A DNA stretch of 64,000 bases from Candidatus Eiseniibacteriota bacterium (GCA_965224245.1 OZ245046.1:3360001-3424000), one strand, 5' to 3'. Positions 38,466 through 48,822 are shown, numbered from the stretch's first letter. Made by a program: numbers and translations. Notes: generated from the sequence alone by a model not told the origin.

Positions 38466-39098
38466 GTGAAACGGCTACTCATCGCGCTCTTGATGCTGGC
38501 GGTGGCCATACCGGCCGACGCGGGCAAGAAGAGCTCACGCAAGGTCGACCCGACCAAGGAGCCCGGCTACGTCGAGTTCGACGATCTCGACCGCTACATG
38601 GAGGGCGAGGCCACGGTCGAGGTGCACCTCACGCAGCCGCTCCTGAAGCTCGCCGAGGAGATCATCCGGCAGCAGATGATCGACGAGGATCCGGAGCTGG
38701 CGGCGCTTCCGATCGCACTCCATCTCGTGCACGTGAACGTCTTCGAGTACGACGTCGACAACGAAGAGGGACTCGAGACGTCCTTCGCGGATCTGTCCAG
38801 GAAGCTGACCAACGACGGCTGGCAGCGCCTGGTCAAGGTGCGCGACGACGAGCAGAGCGTGTACCTGTACATCCTGCCCGAGGTCCGCGAGCGGGACGGC
38901 GAGGAAGTCGACCTGATCTCCGGGGTCGTGGTGCTGGTCCTGGGTGACGGCGGTCGCCGGGCCTCGCGTCAGGCCGTCTTCGTGAACATCGTCGGTGACT
39001 TCGACATCGAGGCGATGGTGTACCTGGTGCAGCACTTCTCCGAGGACGTGCCCGACCTCGACATGATCGAGGGGATGGGTAACGGGTCATATCACTAG
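38466..39098 (+). CDS. DUF4252-like exported protein
   Basis: Signal peptide; PGYVEF, VEVHL, GWQRLVKVR, VFVNIVGDFD; position after sigma/anti-sigma is typical for this family. Confidence 0.75.
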   Translation: MKRLLIALLMLAVAIPADAGKKSSRKVDPTKEPGYVEFDDLDRYMEGEATVEVHLTQPLLKLAEEIIRQQMIDEDPELAALPIALHLVHVNVFEYDVDNEEGLETSFADLSRKLTNDGWQRLVKVRDDEQSVYLYILPEVRERDGEEVDLISGVVVLVLGDGGRRASRQAVFVNIVGDFDIEAMVYLVQHFSEDVPDLDMIEGMGNGSYH

Positions 39099-39233
39099 AC
39101 ACCACCTCGATCCTCGTGACGTTCGGCGCTGGCCTCCCGGGGCCGGCGCCATTTCGTTTGGCGTCACTCCCGGGTCGGGTCTCGCTCGGGGTCGACTCGG
39201 GTGATACGCATCGATCGAAGTCGGAGACGACGA

Positions 39234-40445
39234 TCAGAACCCGTCGAAGATTCCCCAGCTCCGCCGGTTGAAGATCGACTCCAGCACCGATACGTCGGCC
39301 GTCGTCGTCAGGACGCCGAGTCGCCGGGCGGCCCGCACGCCGATGACGCCGCACTCCAGCTGCGTCCAGGTGGCGATGTCGGTCTCGAGTGACTCCTCGG
39401 CGTGATCTCCCGGCTCCACCGCGGCACGACCGTCGCGGACATCCAGCGTCACCGTCACCGGCTCGGCCACGGGATCGGTCACGGTCACCGAGAACCGGGC
39501 CCGACCCGGTCCGTACGGCCGGGCGGCCGCCACCTCCTCGACGTCGAGGATCTTCGCCATCGCGCCCAGCATCCGATCGCCGACCTTGTGGATCCCACCC
39601 GGAAGCATCGGGCCGCCCGCGACGGACGGATGCGAGAGATGATGGAGGAGCGCGTCGTCCTCGTGAGCCACGTGGACCACCTCGACCACCTGGTCGCGAA
39701 GTCGGGACACGAAGCCCCACAGCGCACGCCAGGCGCCGTCGCTCGTCCAGACGAGCTCGCGCACCACCAGCCGCTGATGGAGGAAGTGGTCCGACGCCCC
39801 CTCGATGCGGTAGAGCAGGTAGCCGTCCACGTGACCGCCGGGTCCCTCGGAGACCGCGACGAACGGGGGCTCTTCGGCCAGCCGCGCGGCGTGACTCTCC
39901 ACACGGCGTCGAAGGAACCCGTCGCGCCGGTTGATGAACCGTTCGTACACCGGCATCAGCGTCTCCAGGTCCGCCAGGGTGCCGGTGCGTACGCGGTCGG
40001 CCCCCTCGTCGTCCGGGATCGAGGTCGTCGGGAAGCGGTGGACGTCGCGCACGTCCACGGTGCCGTACCCCAGCCGCCGGTAGAAGTCGGCGCGAAACGG
40101 ATACAGGATCTGCCATGCGCAGCCCCGTTCGCGCAGGACCGATTCGGTGTGCGCGACCAGGCGCCGCCCCCATCCGGCCCGACGCGCATCGGCAGCCACG
40201 GCGACCCCACCCAGACCGCCGACCTTCCAGGTGCGACCCCACGCGACCATCTCGAACGGATACACGATGGCCTGCGCCACGTGCGGCTGCGAGTCGTCGA
40301 TCCACATGTCACCGAGCGAGGCGCGGGGATTCTCGGCCACCCAGCGCCGGACGTCGTCCGGCGCGCGCTGGGGAACCGGATAGGATCGAATGCCGATCTC
40401 CACCATGCGGTCGACGTCGGCGTCGGTCGGGTTTCGAAACGTCAT
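39234..40445 (-). CDS. Eis-like GNAT acetyltransferase with SCP2-like C-terminus
   Basis: GGVAVAADARRAGWG, LYPFRADFYRRLGY, ends IFDGF. Confidence 0.85.
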   Translation of the reverse strand: MTFRNPTDADVDRMVEIGIRSYPVPQRAPDDVRRWVAENPRASLGDMWIDDSQPHVAQAIVYPFEMVAWGRTWKVGGLGGVAVAADARRAGWGRRLVAHTESVLRERGCAWQILYPFRADFYRRLGYGTVDVRDVHRFPTTSIPDDEGADRVRTGTLADLETLMPVYERFINRRDGFLRRRVESHAARLAEEPPFVAVSEGPGGHVDGYLLYRIEGASDHFLHQRLVVRELVWTSDGAWRALWGFVSRLRDQVVEVVHVAHEDDALLHHLSHPSVAGGPMLPGGIHKVGDRMLGAMAKILDVEEVAAARPYGPGRARFSVTVTDPVAEPVTVTLDVRDGRAAVEPGDHAEESLETDIATWTQLECGVIGVRAARRLGVLTTTADVSVLESIFNRRSWGIFDGF

Positions 40446-40484
40446 CGGGTCGGCGTCCTTTCTCGACACGGCCACCGCCGTCCG

Positions 40485-43256
40485 TCAGCGCAAGACGACC
40501 ACGCGCTCGGTCCGGACTCCCGCGCCCGAGCGCAGCATCAGGTAGTAGATCCCGGCGCCGACCGCGATGCCGTCCCGACCGTCGAGCGCCCACTCGACGA
40601 CGGTCGTCCCCGGCGCGAGGACCCCATCCACGAGTGTCCGGACGCGTCGCCCCCGGACGTCCAGCACGTCGAGACGGACCGATCGGCGGAGCGTGGGCAC
40701 CCGGACCCCGACGCGCGCGCGCGGGTGCGCCGGGTTTCGAAGCACGTGCAACGTCGGCGCCGCAAGCGACACCGACGTGCTCACGGTGCCCAGGACGCGC
40801 TGGCCCAGCGTGGAGACCAGCACGAGCACGTACTCGACCCTCCCCGGCGCCGCGACGCCGGTGTCCAGCGCATCACCCATCCGAAGGCCGGGCGTGAGGG
40901 CGTCCCAGGTCGCGATCGGGTCCCCGCCGAGCTCGTCCGTCCGCCGCAGCACGACGCCGACATCGGGTGTCTCGACGTACGCGCGCCAGCCGACGACGAC
41001 CCCGTCGGCACGGGGCTCGGCGCTCGCGTCGAGCAGGCGTACGATCGGGAATGCTCCCATCTGCCGGGCCACCGCCACCTCGCCCGCCGCCACCAGCGCG
41101 ACCACGTCCCTGCGCTCGTCGGCGTCGACGTCGGCGACGAAGGCCGCCAGCGGAGCGGCGCCGAGGTCGAAGCGCAGCGGCGGACCGAAGCCGCCGCCCG
41201 CCCCGGGATGCACGAGCACGGCGCCACCGGCCTCATCGGTCAGGACGAGGTCGCTCCAGCCGTCGCCGTCCAGGTCGCGGAGATCGAACGTGCGCGCCCG
41301 GACCGACAGGTCCGAGGTCACGACCGGGTCGAACGACCCGTCGGATCGACCGGGGAGCACCGACAGCACCGACGTGGCCGACCCGATCGTGACCACGTCC
41401 CCGATCCCGTCGCCGGTCGCGTCGGCGACGGCCAGTGCGATCGGAGATGGTGAGACCGCGTACGACGCCGGAGCTCCGAAGAGCCCGCCGGCCGCGGCGC
41501 TCCGCGAGGTGCGCATCAGCCCCGGATACACGAGGACGGCACCCATCTGGCGTGATGCCACGAGCAGGTCCCGGGTTCCGTCACCGGTCACGTCGTCGAG
41601 GAGCGGCGCGGTCGGGCGCGGCTCGGTTCCGAGCCGGGCGAGGATCTCGAGCGTTCGCGTGCCGTGCGCGCCCACGACGACCAGCGTGTCCACGCTCGTG
41701 CACGCGACGACGACGTCGGCCCGCCCGTCGCCGTCGACGTCCCCCACCGCCACGTCCCGGGGATCGCGGGGCAGATCGATCAGGCTCGCCTCGCGCTCTC
41801 CGTCCGGTGCGCCCCAGTAGACCCCGAGCTGTCGCGCGCGCGTGTGCGTGACGACCAGATCGGTGAGTCCGTCGCCGTCGAGGTCGTCGACGGCGATCGC
41901 CGTGGGACGATCCACGAGCGGGATCGAGCCGTGGGACACGTACGTCCCCGCGCCGGTGCCGAAGATGGGTCGCGCCTCGGGCTCGTCCTGGTCGGCGACG
42001 AGCAGATCCTCGATCCCGTCGGCATTCAGATCCCCGCGCGCGAAGGTCGCCGGGGTCACGCCCACCGGGGAGCGCAGCGGCAGCACGATGGGGTCGATCG
42101 CATCGAGGGAGCGCACGCGCGCCGACCACACCCAGCCGCTCGCGGCCGTCTCGCCCGGCGGCGGGAGGGTCGCGTGGACACGTACGTCGGCCTGGGTGAG
42201 CTCCACCCCCGCGTCGGTCGCCGGGCGCGGAAGCGGGATCCTGATCGGATCGGACGGTTCTCCGTCGGGCCGCCGCCACAGCGTCGCGATCGGCGTGTTC
42301 GCGTCCACCACCAGGAGATCGGACCACCCGTCCTCGTCCACGTCGAACACACGGAGCGCCGACGGCTCGGGACCGGTGGCCGTCAGCGCGGATACGGCGA
42401 AGGTGCGATCGACGGTGACGATCTCGTCGGTGCCGCGACAGACGACGGCCCAGCGGGCGCCCCCGTCGAGGGTCTCGATGTCGAGCGGTCCCGATGGCAC
42501 GACCACTCGCCGGTCCTCGTGGAACCCGCCCGCGCCGTCCCCGATCAGCACGCGCACCGCGTTGCCGAGGTAGTCGGTGACCAGGAGATCCACCTCGTCG
42601 TCCCGGTCGACGAGCGCCGCCTCCACGGACCAGGGGACGGGGACGATGGCAACGGCCTCGGCCGCCGCGAACGTGCCGTCGCCGCCTCCGACACACACCA
42701 CGATCGCGGCTCCGGTCTGATCGGCGGCGATCAGGTCCACCGCCCCGTCACCGTTCACGTCGGCGAGCACGGCGTCGTTGGGTCCTCGTCCGGCGTTCAC
42801 GTGCGTGACGAAGTCGAACGTCCCGTCGCCGCGCCCGGCGAAGACGCTGGCGCGGCCACCCTGACGCTGGAGTGCGATCACGTCGAGCCGTCCATCGCCG
42901 GTGACGTCACCCACGAGCAGTCGCCGGACCGGGTAGAGCCCACGGGCCTCCCACAGCAAGGCGAGCGGCCCGGTATCCGGACCGCCGAGCACCGAGAGCC
43001 CGCTCCGGTCGCCCACGAGGACCTCCGACCGACCCTCGCCGTCGAGGTCGGCAACCGCGATCGTCGTCGGGTCCGGGACCGCCACGAGCCTCGGTGCTTC
43101 GAGCGCCGACAGCGCGACACCTCGCGCGTCCGCGGTCCGGGCGATCGCGAGGAAGGTGACGGTCAGAGCGAACACCCACCCCACCGTGCGCCGGCGCGTC
43201 GGGAGGGATGCGCCCGCAACGGGCGCCGCGCGCACCGGCGTCACGTCGACCGTCAC
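40485..43256 (-). CDS. FG-GAP/VCBS repeat protein with FlgD-Ig/CTD-like C-terminus
   Basis: Many DxxGDGxxD repeats; tail RNP…DVRGRRVRTL…WALDGRDG…GIYYL. Confidence 0.85.
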   Translation of the reverse strand: MTVDVTPVRAAPVAGASLPTRRRTVGWVFALTVTFLAIARTADARGVALSALEAPRLVAVPDPTTIAVADLDGEGRSEVLVGDRSGLSVLGGPDTGPLALLWEARGLYPVRRLLVGDVTGDGRLDVIALQRQGGRASVFAGRGDGTFDFVTHVNAGRGPNDAVLADVNGDGAVDLIAADQTGAAIVVCVGGGDGTFAAAEAVAIVPVPWSVEAALVDRDDEVDLLVTDYLGNAVRVLIGDGAGGFHEDRRVVVPSGPLDIETLDGGARWAVVCRGTDEIVTVDRTFAVSALTATGPEPSALRVFDVDEDGWSDLLVVDANTPIATLWRRPDGEPSDPIRIPLPRPATDAGVELTQADVRVHATLPPPGETAASGWVWSARVRSLDAIDPIVLPLRSPVGVTPATFARGDLNADGIEDLLVADQDEPEARPIFGTGAGTYVSHGSIPLVDRPTAIAVDDLDGDGLTDLVVTHTRARQLGVYWGAPDGEREASLIDLPRDPRDVAVGDVDGDGRADVVVACTSVDTLVVVGAHGTRTLEILARLGTEPRPTAPLLDDVTGDGTRDLLVASRQMGAVLVYPGLMRTSRSAAAGGLFGAPASYAVSPSPIALAVADATGDGIGDVVTIGSATSVLSVLPGRSDGSFDPVVTSDLSVRARTFDLRDLDGDGWSDLVLTDEAGGAVLVHPGAGGGFGPPLRFDLGAAPLAAFVADVDADERRDVVALVAAGEVAVARQMGAFPIVRLLDASAEPRADGVVVGWRAYVETPDVGVVLRRTDELGGDPIATWDALTPGLRMGDALDTGVAAPGRVEYVLVLVSTLGQRVLGTVSTSVSLAAPTLHVLRNPAHPRARVGVRVPTLRRSVRLDVLDVRGRRVRTLVDGVLAPGTTVVEWALDGRDGIAVGAGIYYLMLRSGAGVRTERVVVLR

Positions 43257-44575
43257 GGTATCGGGTGGTCTTCGTGGAAGCGCTGGAGGCGGAACGCCAG
43301 CGTGTCGAACAGCTCCTCGCCGACCAGCGAGACGCACGCACGAAGTCCCTCGCGCCGCGAGCTTCCGCTCATCTCCAGCGAGATCGAGCTGATGCCGTAG
43401 TGGACGAGCTCCCGGATCAGGTCCGCGCCGGAGTCGAACGTCGGGTACGCGATCGTGAAGTAGAACCCGTCGGCCAGCGGCTCGCCGAGGTCGTTGTCGT
43501 AGACGAGCTGAAACCCGTTCGCCGTGAACAGACGCTTCATCGCCTGTGCGCGCTGGGCGTATTGCCGGGCCGCGTCGAAGATCCGCGTCTCTCCTCGGTT
43601 GGCCGCTTTGAGGAGCGCCAGGAGCCCGTACTGCGGGCTCTGAGGAACGCACGACATGATCGCGTACAGGATGCCGTGCACGAACGCGTGGCCCACGTGC
43701 TCGGTCCCGCAGGACGCGATGAGGTTCGGCTCGCGTGAGGCCATCAGCTCGGGATGTCCGACCGCGAGCGCACACCGCTGCCCCGCGTAGCTGAACACCT
43801 TCGAGCTGGAGATGATCGACACCGATCGCGGCGTGTACCGGAGAATCGTGGGCTGATGAGGCGGCTCGCCGGGCCGGTAGTAGTTCTCTCGCGTGTCCAT
43901 CCCGAAGTAGGCGAGATCCTCGATCGCGAGCAGGCGATGATCGTCGCACACCCGCGCGATGCCCTGGAGCTCGCTCTCCTTCAGGCACACCCACGTCGGG
44001 TTGTTGGGGCTCGACCAGAACACCGCGGCCACGTTGCCGCCGGCCGCCAGCTCCTCGAGCGCCGCCACCAGCCGTTCACCGCGATGATCGTACAGGTCGA
44101 CCGAGACCGTGCGGAGACCGAGGAGCCGGGTCTGCATCTTGTTCGACGGGAAGCCGGGCTCCAGGAAGACGATGGTGTCCCGCGAGGGGTCGAGCCGGTT
44201 GGCGAGAATGAACGAGATGAAGCACCCCTGCATCGCGCCCACCGTCGGAAAGCACGACGACGGCGGGACGTCGAGCCCCATGTAGAGCTTCACGAACCGG
44301 GCGGCCTCGGCCTTCAGCTCGGGGATGCCGTCGTAGGGGCCGTACTGGTTCGTGACCCGACGCTCGCGAAGGGCCTGGATCTCGGCGTCGATGGCGATGT
44401 CGTCGGTCTGGAATCCGGGGATGCCGAACTCCATGTGGATGAACCGCACGCCGAGCTTCTGCTCGATCGCGCGGACGACGCGGTTCGTCTCGCGAATCGA
44501 GGCGCGCCCCACGTCGATTCCCTCGCTCTCGAGGATCGCGGCGATGGCGCGCCGGTCGAACGGTACCGGATGCAT
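43253..44575 (-). CDS. Class I/II PLP-dependent aminotransferase
   Basis: SPNNPTW, IEDLAYFGMD, SSSKVFSYAGQR. Confidence 0.88.
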   Translation of the reverse strand: MHPVPFDRRAIAAILESEGIDVGRASIRETNRVVRAIEQKLGVRFIHMEFGIPGFQTDDIAIDAEIQALRERRVTNQYGPYDGIPELKAEAARFVKLYMGLDVPPSSCFPTVGAMQGCFISFILANRLDPSRDTIVFLEPGFPSNKMQTRLLGLRTVSVDLYDHRGERLVAALEELAAGGNVAAVFWSSPNNPTWVCLKESELQGIARVCDDHRLLAIEDLAYFGMDTRENYYRPGEPPHQPTILRYTPRSVSIISSSKVFSYAGQRCALAVGHPELMASREPNLIASCGTEHVGHAFVHGILYAIMSCVPQSPQYGLLALLKAANRGETRIFDAARQYAQRAQAMKRLFTANGFQLVYDNDLGEPLADGFYFTIAYPTFDSGADLIRELVHYGISSISLEMSGSSRREGLRACVSLVGEELFDTLAFRLQRFHEDHPIP

Positions 44576-44665
44576 GACCTGTCACACTCCACGCGTTCTC
44601 GGGAATTGGTTGCGGATCGGACGCATCGACTATACTGCCGCTCGAGCCCCCGAGAAAGGACGCCC

Positions 44666-45307
44666 ATGTTCTTCGAGCAGCTGCGTGTCGGCGGTGATCG
44701 GAACTTCGGCTACGTGATCGGCTGCGACGTCGCGCGCGTGTGCGCGATCGTCGACCCCTCCACCGAGCCCGACGTGAGCCTCGGCGCGGCGCGTGACGCC
44801 GGTCTCGACGTGCGATGGGTGATCGCCACCCACGGCCATGCCGACCACGTCGCGGGGAACGACACCATCGTCTCGGCGACCGGCGCCAGGGTCGTGGCCC
44901 ACCCCGGCTGCCCGATCGGTCCTGACGTCGGGGTGCCCGACGGCGGCACACTCGACGTCGGTGAGCTGACCGTTTCGTTCAGATATACACCTGGTCATTC
45001 ACCGGACAGCCTCGTGGTCCTCGTCGAGGACGTCGTCCTCACCGGCGACACGCTGTTCGTGGGCAAGATCGGCGGGACCCGCACCCGGGACGACGCGCGA
45101 ACGCAATTCGCGAGCCTGCACGGCGTTCTGATGCGCCTGCCCGACGCCACCCGCGTTTTCCCGGGGCACGACGTGGGGGTGAGTCCCCATTCCACGATCG
45201 GCGACGAGCGGCGCACGAATCCGTTTCTGTGCCAGCCCGACTTCGATGCCTTCCTCGACCTGAAGCTCAACTGGGCGGCCTACAAGAAGGCGCACGGCAT
45301 CGCCTGA
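44666..45307 (+). CDS. Metallo-beta-lactamase-fold hydrolase (glyoxalase II-like)
   Basis: THGHADH, TPGHS, TGDTLF, PGHD, ERRTNPF. Confidence 0.9.
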   Translation: MFFEQLRVGGDRNFGYVIGCDVARVCAIVDPSTEPDVSLGAARDAGLDVRWVIATHGHADHVAGNDTIVSATGARVVAHPGCPIGPDVGVPDGGTLDVGELTVSFRYTPGHSPDSLVVLVEDVVLTGDTLFVGKIGGTRTRDDARTQFASLHGVLMRLPDATRVFPGHDVGVSPHSTIGDERRTNPFLCQPDFDAFLDLKLNWAAYKKAHGIA

Positions 45308-45360
45308 GCCCGAGGCCGAACCGGAGCTCCCGGACCGGCCGACAGGGTGCAGGCGAATCA

Positions 45361-45389
45361 TTGGTCGAACGCACGTTCTGGGCTACAAT
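45361..45389 (+). promoter_or_regulatory. Sigma70-like promoter
   Basis: TTGGTC-17 nt-TACAAT upstream of 45508. Confidence 0.5.
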
Positions 45390-45507
45390 CAACCACTGTT
45401 CAACAGGTGTGGTGTCCGACTCTCGCCTCGTCGGGACCTCGCGTCAGGGGTCAACGCGTGCCCGCGGAGCGAAGTCGGGTCGATTCGTCAATCGTCAGGA
45501 GGCATTC

Positions 45508-46599
45508 ATGTTCAAGCGTGCAGGAGCTGCGCTCTGTCTCGCATCCCTCGTGGCCGTCGGCGCGGATGCAGCTGTGCGCAAGCCGATGATCGAGGAATTC
45601 TCGAACGTCCAGTGCCCGCCGTGCGCGACTCACGATCCCTGGTTCCGCGCGTTCTTCGAGAACCATTACGACATCCGAGGCGACATCAGCGTCATCACGT
45701 ATCACATGAGCTGGCCGGGCTACGATCCGTTCTATGCCAACAACCCGAGCGAGAACAACGAGCGCCGCTTCGACTACAACGTGAACGCGGTCCCGCACAT
45801 TCGTTTCGATTCCATCGAGCCCCCGAGCTATCCGTACGATCCAGCCGTGCTCGAGGCCGCATACAACACCGCGATGGTGGTGCCGTGCGAGGTCGGAATC
45901 GAGCTGAGCGGTCTTTGGACGGCCGGCTCGGGCTCGGGCACGATCACGATCGACATCACGCCCGAGGTCGACATCACGGCGGTCGAGCCCGAAGGGCTCC
46001 GTCTGTACGTCGGACTCCTCGAGCGCGACGTGGTCTGGAACGGCGTCGGCGCGTACGACCTGCACGACTTCGTGATGCGCGACATGATCAACCCCGCCGG
46101 TGGCGAGCCGGTGGATCCGCTCACGGGCGGCTCGCCGGCCCAGTTCAACTACTTCTGGGCCGCGGCCGATCCGGACGATCTCGCGGGTCCGGCGTGGGAC
46201 GACAGCAACTTCGTGATCGTGGCCTGGCTCCAGGACGGCGACTCGGGTGAGATCTTCAACTCCGAGAGCATCGCCGTGACCGACCTCGTGACGATCGCGG
46301 TCAACGAGACCGTCGGCGCGAGCACGCCGGGCCTCGGGCAGAACTACCCGAACCCGTTCAACCCGACCACGACGATCCCGCTCGTGATGGACGAGTCCGG
46401 CCAGGCGGTCGTTCGCGTCTACTCCGCCGACGGGTCGTTCGTGCGCACGCTGGCCAACGGCGTCCTTCCCACCGGCGCGACCTCGCTTCGCTGGGACGGC
46501 AACGACTTCGCGGGCAAGGCGGTGGGTAGCGGTGTGTATTACGTCCGTCTCGAGAGCCTCACGCACTCGGAGACGCGCGCGGTCACGCTGCTGAAGTAG
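45508..46599 (+). CDS. Omp28-like thioredoxin-fold protein with FlgD-Ig/CTD-like domain
   Basis: IEEFSNVQCPPC, YHMSWPG, HDFVMRDM, IVAWLQD; tail QNYPNPFNPTT…WDG…SGVYYVRL…LLK. Confidence 0.85.
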   Translation: MFKRAGAALCLASLVAVGADAAVRKPMIEEFSNVQCPPCATHDPWFRAFFENHYDIRGDISVITYHMSWPGYDPFYANNPSENNERRFDYNVNAVPHIRFDSIEPPSYPYDPAVLEAAYNTAMVVPCEVGIELSGLWTAGSGSGTITIDITPEVDITAVEPEGLRLYVGLLERDVVWNGVGAYDLHDFVMRDMINPAGGEPVDPLTGGSPAQFNYFWAAADPDDLAGPAWDDSNFVIVAWLQDGDSGEIFNSESIAVTDLVTIAVNETVGASTPGLGQNYPNPFNPTTTIPLVMDESGQAVVRVYSADGSFVRTLANGVLPTGATSLRWDGNDFAGKAVGSGVYYVRLESLTHSETRAVTLLK

Positions 46600-46749
46600 T
46601 CGAGCCGACATCCAACGGGAGTCACGGTTCAGGCCGTGTCGCCCGGGTCGCATGGGAGCCGCGTCTCACGGTCGCGTGAGGCGCGGCTTTCTCGCGCCCG
46701 GCGCCGCGCGTCGTGCCCTGGCCCCATCCACCACGCATCCGGGTGCCCT

Positions 46750-47373
46750 CTAGGCGGCCCGCCGGATGACGGCGCGGGACGTGGCCCAGTGGTTCGCACG
46801 CGCCCGGGAGCGCTCGGCCAGGAGCGTGATCAGCTCCTCCCGGAAGCCGTCCATCGCCACGCTGCGCACGCGTACCCGCCGCATGCACAGGTCGTGGCAG
46901 ACGGTCGCGATCACGGCGACGAGGATGCCGACCGCGGTGGTCAGGAGCGCCTCGGAGACCCCCGTGGCGATCACGGACGTGCCGCCGGACCCGCTGGCCG
47001 CGACGTCCCGAGACAGCCGGATGATCCCGACGATGGTGCCGAAGAGCCCCATCGCCGGCGCGATGTTGCTCATCGTGCCCAGGATGGTCAGGTGCTTCTC
47101 CATCGACACCTTCTCGCGCTCGATCGTGGCATCGACGGCGCGGTCCATCTCGTTCCGGTTCAGCGAGCACGTGCGAAGGAGCGCCTCGCCGACCCGGCCG
47201 AGATACGAGCCGTCCGTCCGACACGCCTCCAGCGCGGCGGCACCGTCGTCGTTCCGGATGTGTGCGCTCAATGACGTGATCAGCCGGGAGCCGCCGCCGG
47301 TCCGCGCAAGGAACCACGCGCGTTCCAGCGCGAACATCACCGTCACGATGGACATGAGGATCAGGACGTCCAT
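46750..47373 (-). CDS. MotA/TolQ/ExbB proton-channel family protein (start uncertain)
   Basis: LGTMSNIAPAMGLFGTIVGI, GVSEALLTTAVGILVA; no ExbD/TolR gene adjacent. Confidence 0.85.
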   Translation of the reverse strand: MDVLILMSIVTVMFALERAWFLARTGGGSRLITSLSAHIRNDDGAAALEACRTDGSYLGRVGEALLRTCSLNRNEMDRAVDATIEREKVSMEKHLTILGTMSNIAPAMGLFGTIVGIIRLSRDVAASGSGGTSVIATGVSEALLTTAVGILVAVIATVCHDLCMRRVRVRSVAMDGFREELITLLAERSRARANHWATSRAVIRRAA

Positions 47374-47930
47374 GACCGGAGACGTGTTCAACGGCTGGAT
47401 CCCATCGCCGAGCGAGCCTGTGCCATCCCGAGACCTCCGATCGAGTGCGACGAGCGCCGTGCCTTCTCGGCGCCGAGCTGGGGCCAGGGGCCATGCGAGG
47501 GCCACGAACCCGGACACCGGCGCGCGCCGGGAACGATGCATGAGACGGGCCACCCCGGTCGGCGGAGCCCCGCCGTGACATATCGGCAGTGTTTTCAGGG
47601 GATTACGAATGCCGACAGGGGGGCGAGCCTGCGTCGGCCGGGTCCTTCGCCGCTCGCGGGGCAGGCGGACCGGAGTCGATCGAGGACTGCCGCCCCGCCG
47701 CCGAAACGGGCGGCTCGAAGCGCCGCAAATCGCCCGCCGGAGGCTGCTTCAGGCCGATACCGCTTGAGTGCAGCCGCCCGGACGCGGTATCATTCTCCGT
47801 GCGTTCGGATGATGTCCTAAGTAGCAGGGACATCGGCAGCTACGCGTCTCGACACGGTTAGGCAAGGTTTTGGGGCCGCAGGGCCACCCTTCGGCCACAG
47901 AACACGTTCCACAACACGAAGGGGTTCCCA

Positions 47931-48707
47931 ATGAAGAAAGCGCTCCTCGGTGCACTGGCGCTTGGTCTCGTCGTCGTTCCGGCCCATGCTGCGAAGGAAA
48001 TGACGAACCTCGGGGTCGAGCGTGACAACGTCTTCACCGGTCACGTGATCGGCGACGATGGTTACGGCCCCGGTCCCGCCGTTCTCTATGGTCCGTCCGA
48101 AGGTGATGATCCGGCCTATCGCGCCGCCATCGCGGCGGCGGTCGCAGGCACGTGCGACTACTACGATGCGCGGGCCGGCGTCCCGTCGCTCGACCTGCTG
48201 TTGACTTACACGTGCGTCCACGTGTGGGCCAACTTCGCGTTCTTCGACAACGTAGCGTACGGAAACGTCCTCGCGGACTTCGTGGACGCCGGCGGCAACG
48301 TGGTTCTCGGTGCGTTCTGCGCCTACACGTCCGGCAACTTCCTCGATGGTCGCATCATGGATCCTGGCTACAGCCCGGTCACCGGTGGCTCGAACTGGTT
48401 CTTCGATGCGGCGTACGCGGGTGACGGCTCCGGCTGCGAGTTTGACGGCATCAGCGCCTTCAGCGCGACGTTCCGTGACATCCTGTCGCTCCAGGGCGAT
48501 GGCGTGCCCAACGGCACGTTCACCGATGGCGAGATGGCGGGCCCGCACAACCCGTCGTACAGCGTAATCTACGCGAACGGCTCGGGCGGAAGCCCGGTCC
48601 TCGGCACCGGCCAGATCGCGGACTGGGTCGCGAACAGCTGCCGTTGCTCGGGTGGCAGCACGCCGGTCGAGGAGATCAGCTGGGGCACGCTGAAGTCGAC
48701 GTACTAG
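47931..48707 (+). CDS. Secreted hypothetical protein with short C-terminal tail
   Basis: MKKALLGALALGLVVVPAHA signal; LADFVDAGGNVV; ends STPVEEISWGTLKSTY. Confidence 0.8.
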   Translation: MKKALLGALALGLVVVPAHAAKEMTNLGVERDNVFTGHVIGDDGYGPGPAVLYGPSEGDDPAYRAAIAAAVAGTCDYYDARAGVPSLDLLLTYTCVHVWANFAFFDNVAYGNVLADFVDAGGNVVLGAFCAYTSGNFLDGRIMDPGYSPVTGGSNWFFDAAYAGDGSGCEFDGISAFSATFRDILSLQGDGVPNGTFTDGEMAGPHNPSYSVIYANGSGGSPVLGTGQIADWVANSCRCSGGSTPVEEISWGTLKSTY

Positions 48708-48791
48708 GACGGACCGACGGCCGGACTTGATCCGGCCTCACCCCACGGCTCGCTGCGGCGGCCGTGGAGGCCTTGCATCGACCGAACGCAC

Positions 48792-48822
48792 GGCGCTCCC
48801 GCTCCCCGCGGGAGCGCCTTTT
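48792..48822 (+). terminator. Intrinsic terminator
   Basis: GGCGCTCCCGC-TCCCC-GCGGGAGCGCC-TTTT. Confidence 0.75.

Noticed and set aside
40900-43100. Recurring GTCGCCGTC-like DNA repeats as a possible CRISPR or tandem array
   Set aside because: They encode DxxGDG FG-GAP protein repeats; there is no constant repeat/spacer periodicity.
40485-43994. N-terminal extensions given in the ORF track (also 1939-3819, 3261-5744, 20650-23757, 37433-38419)
   Set aside because: The extensions overlap neighbouring real genes; internal starts with RBS or ATGA/GTGA coupling fit better.
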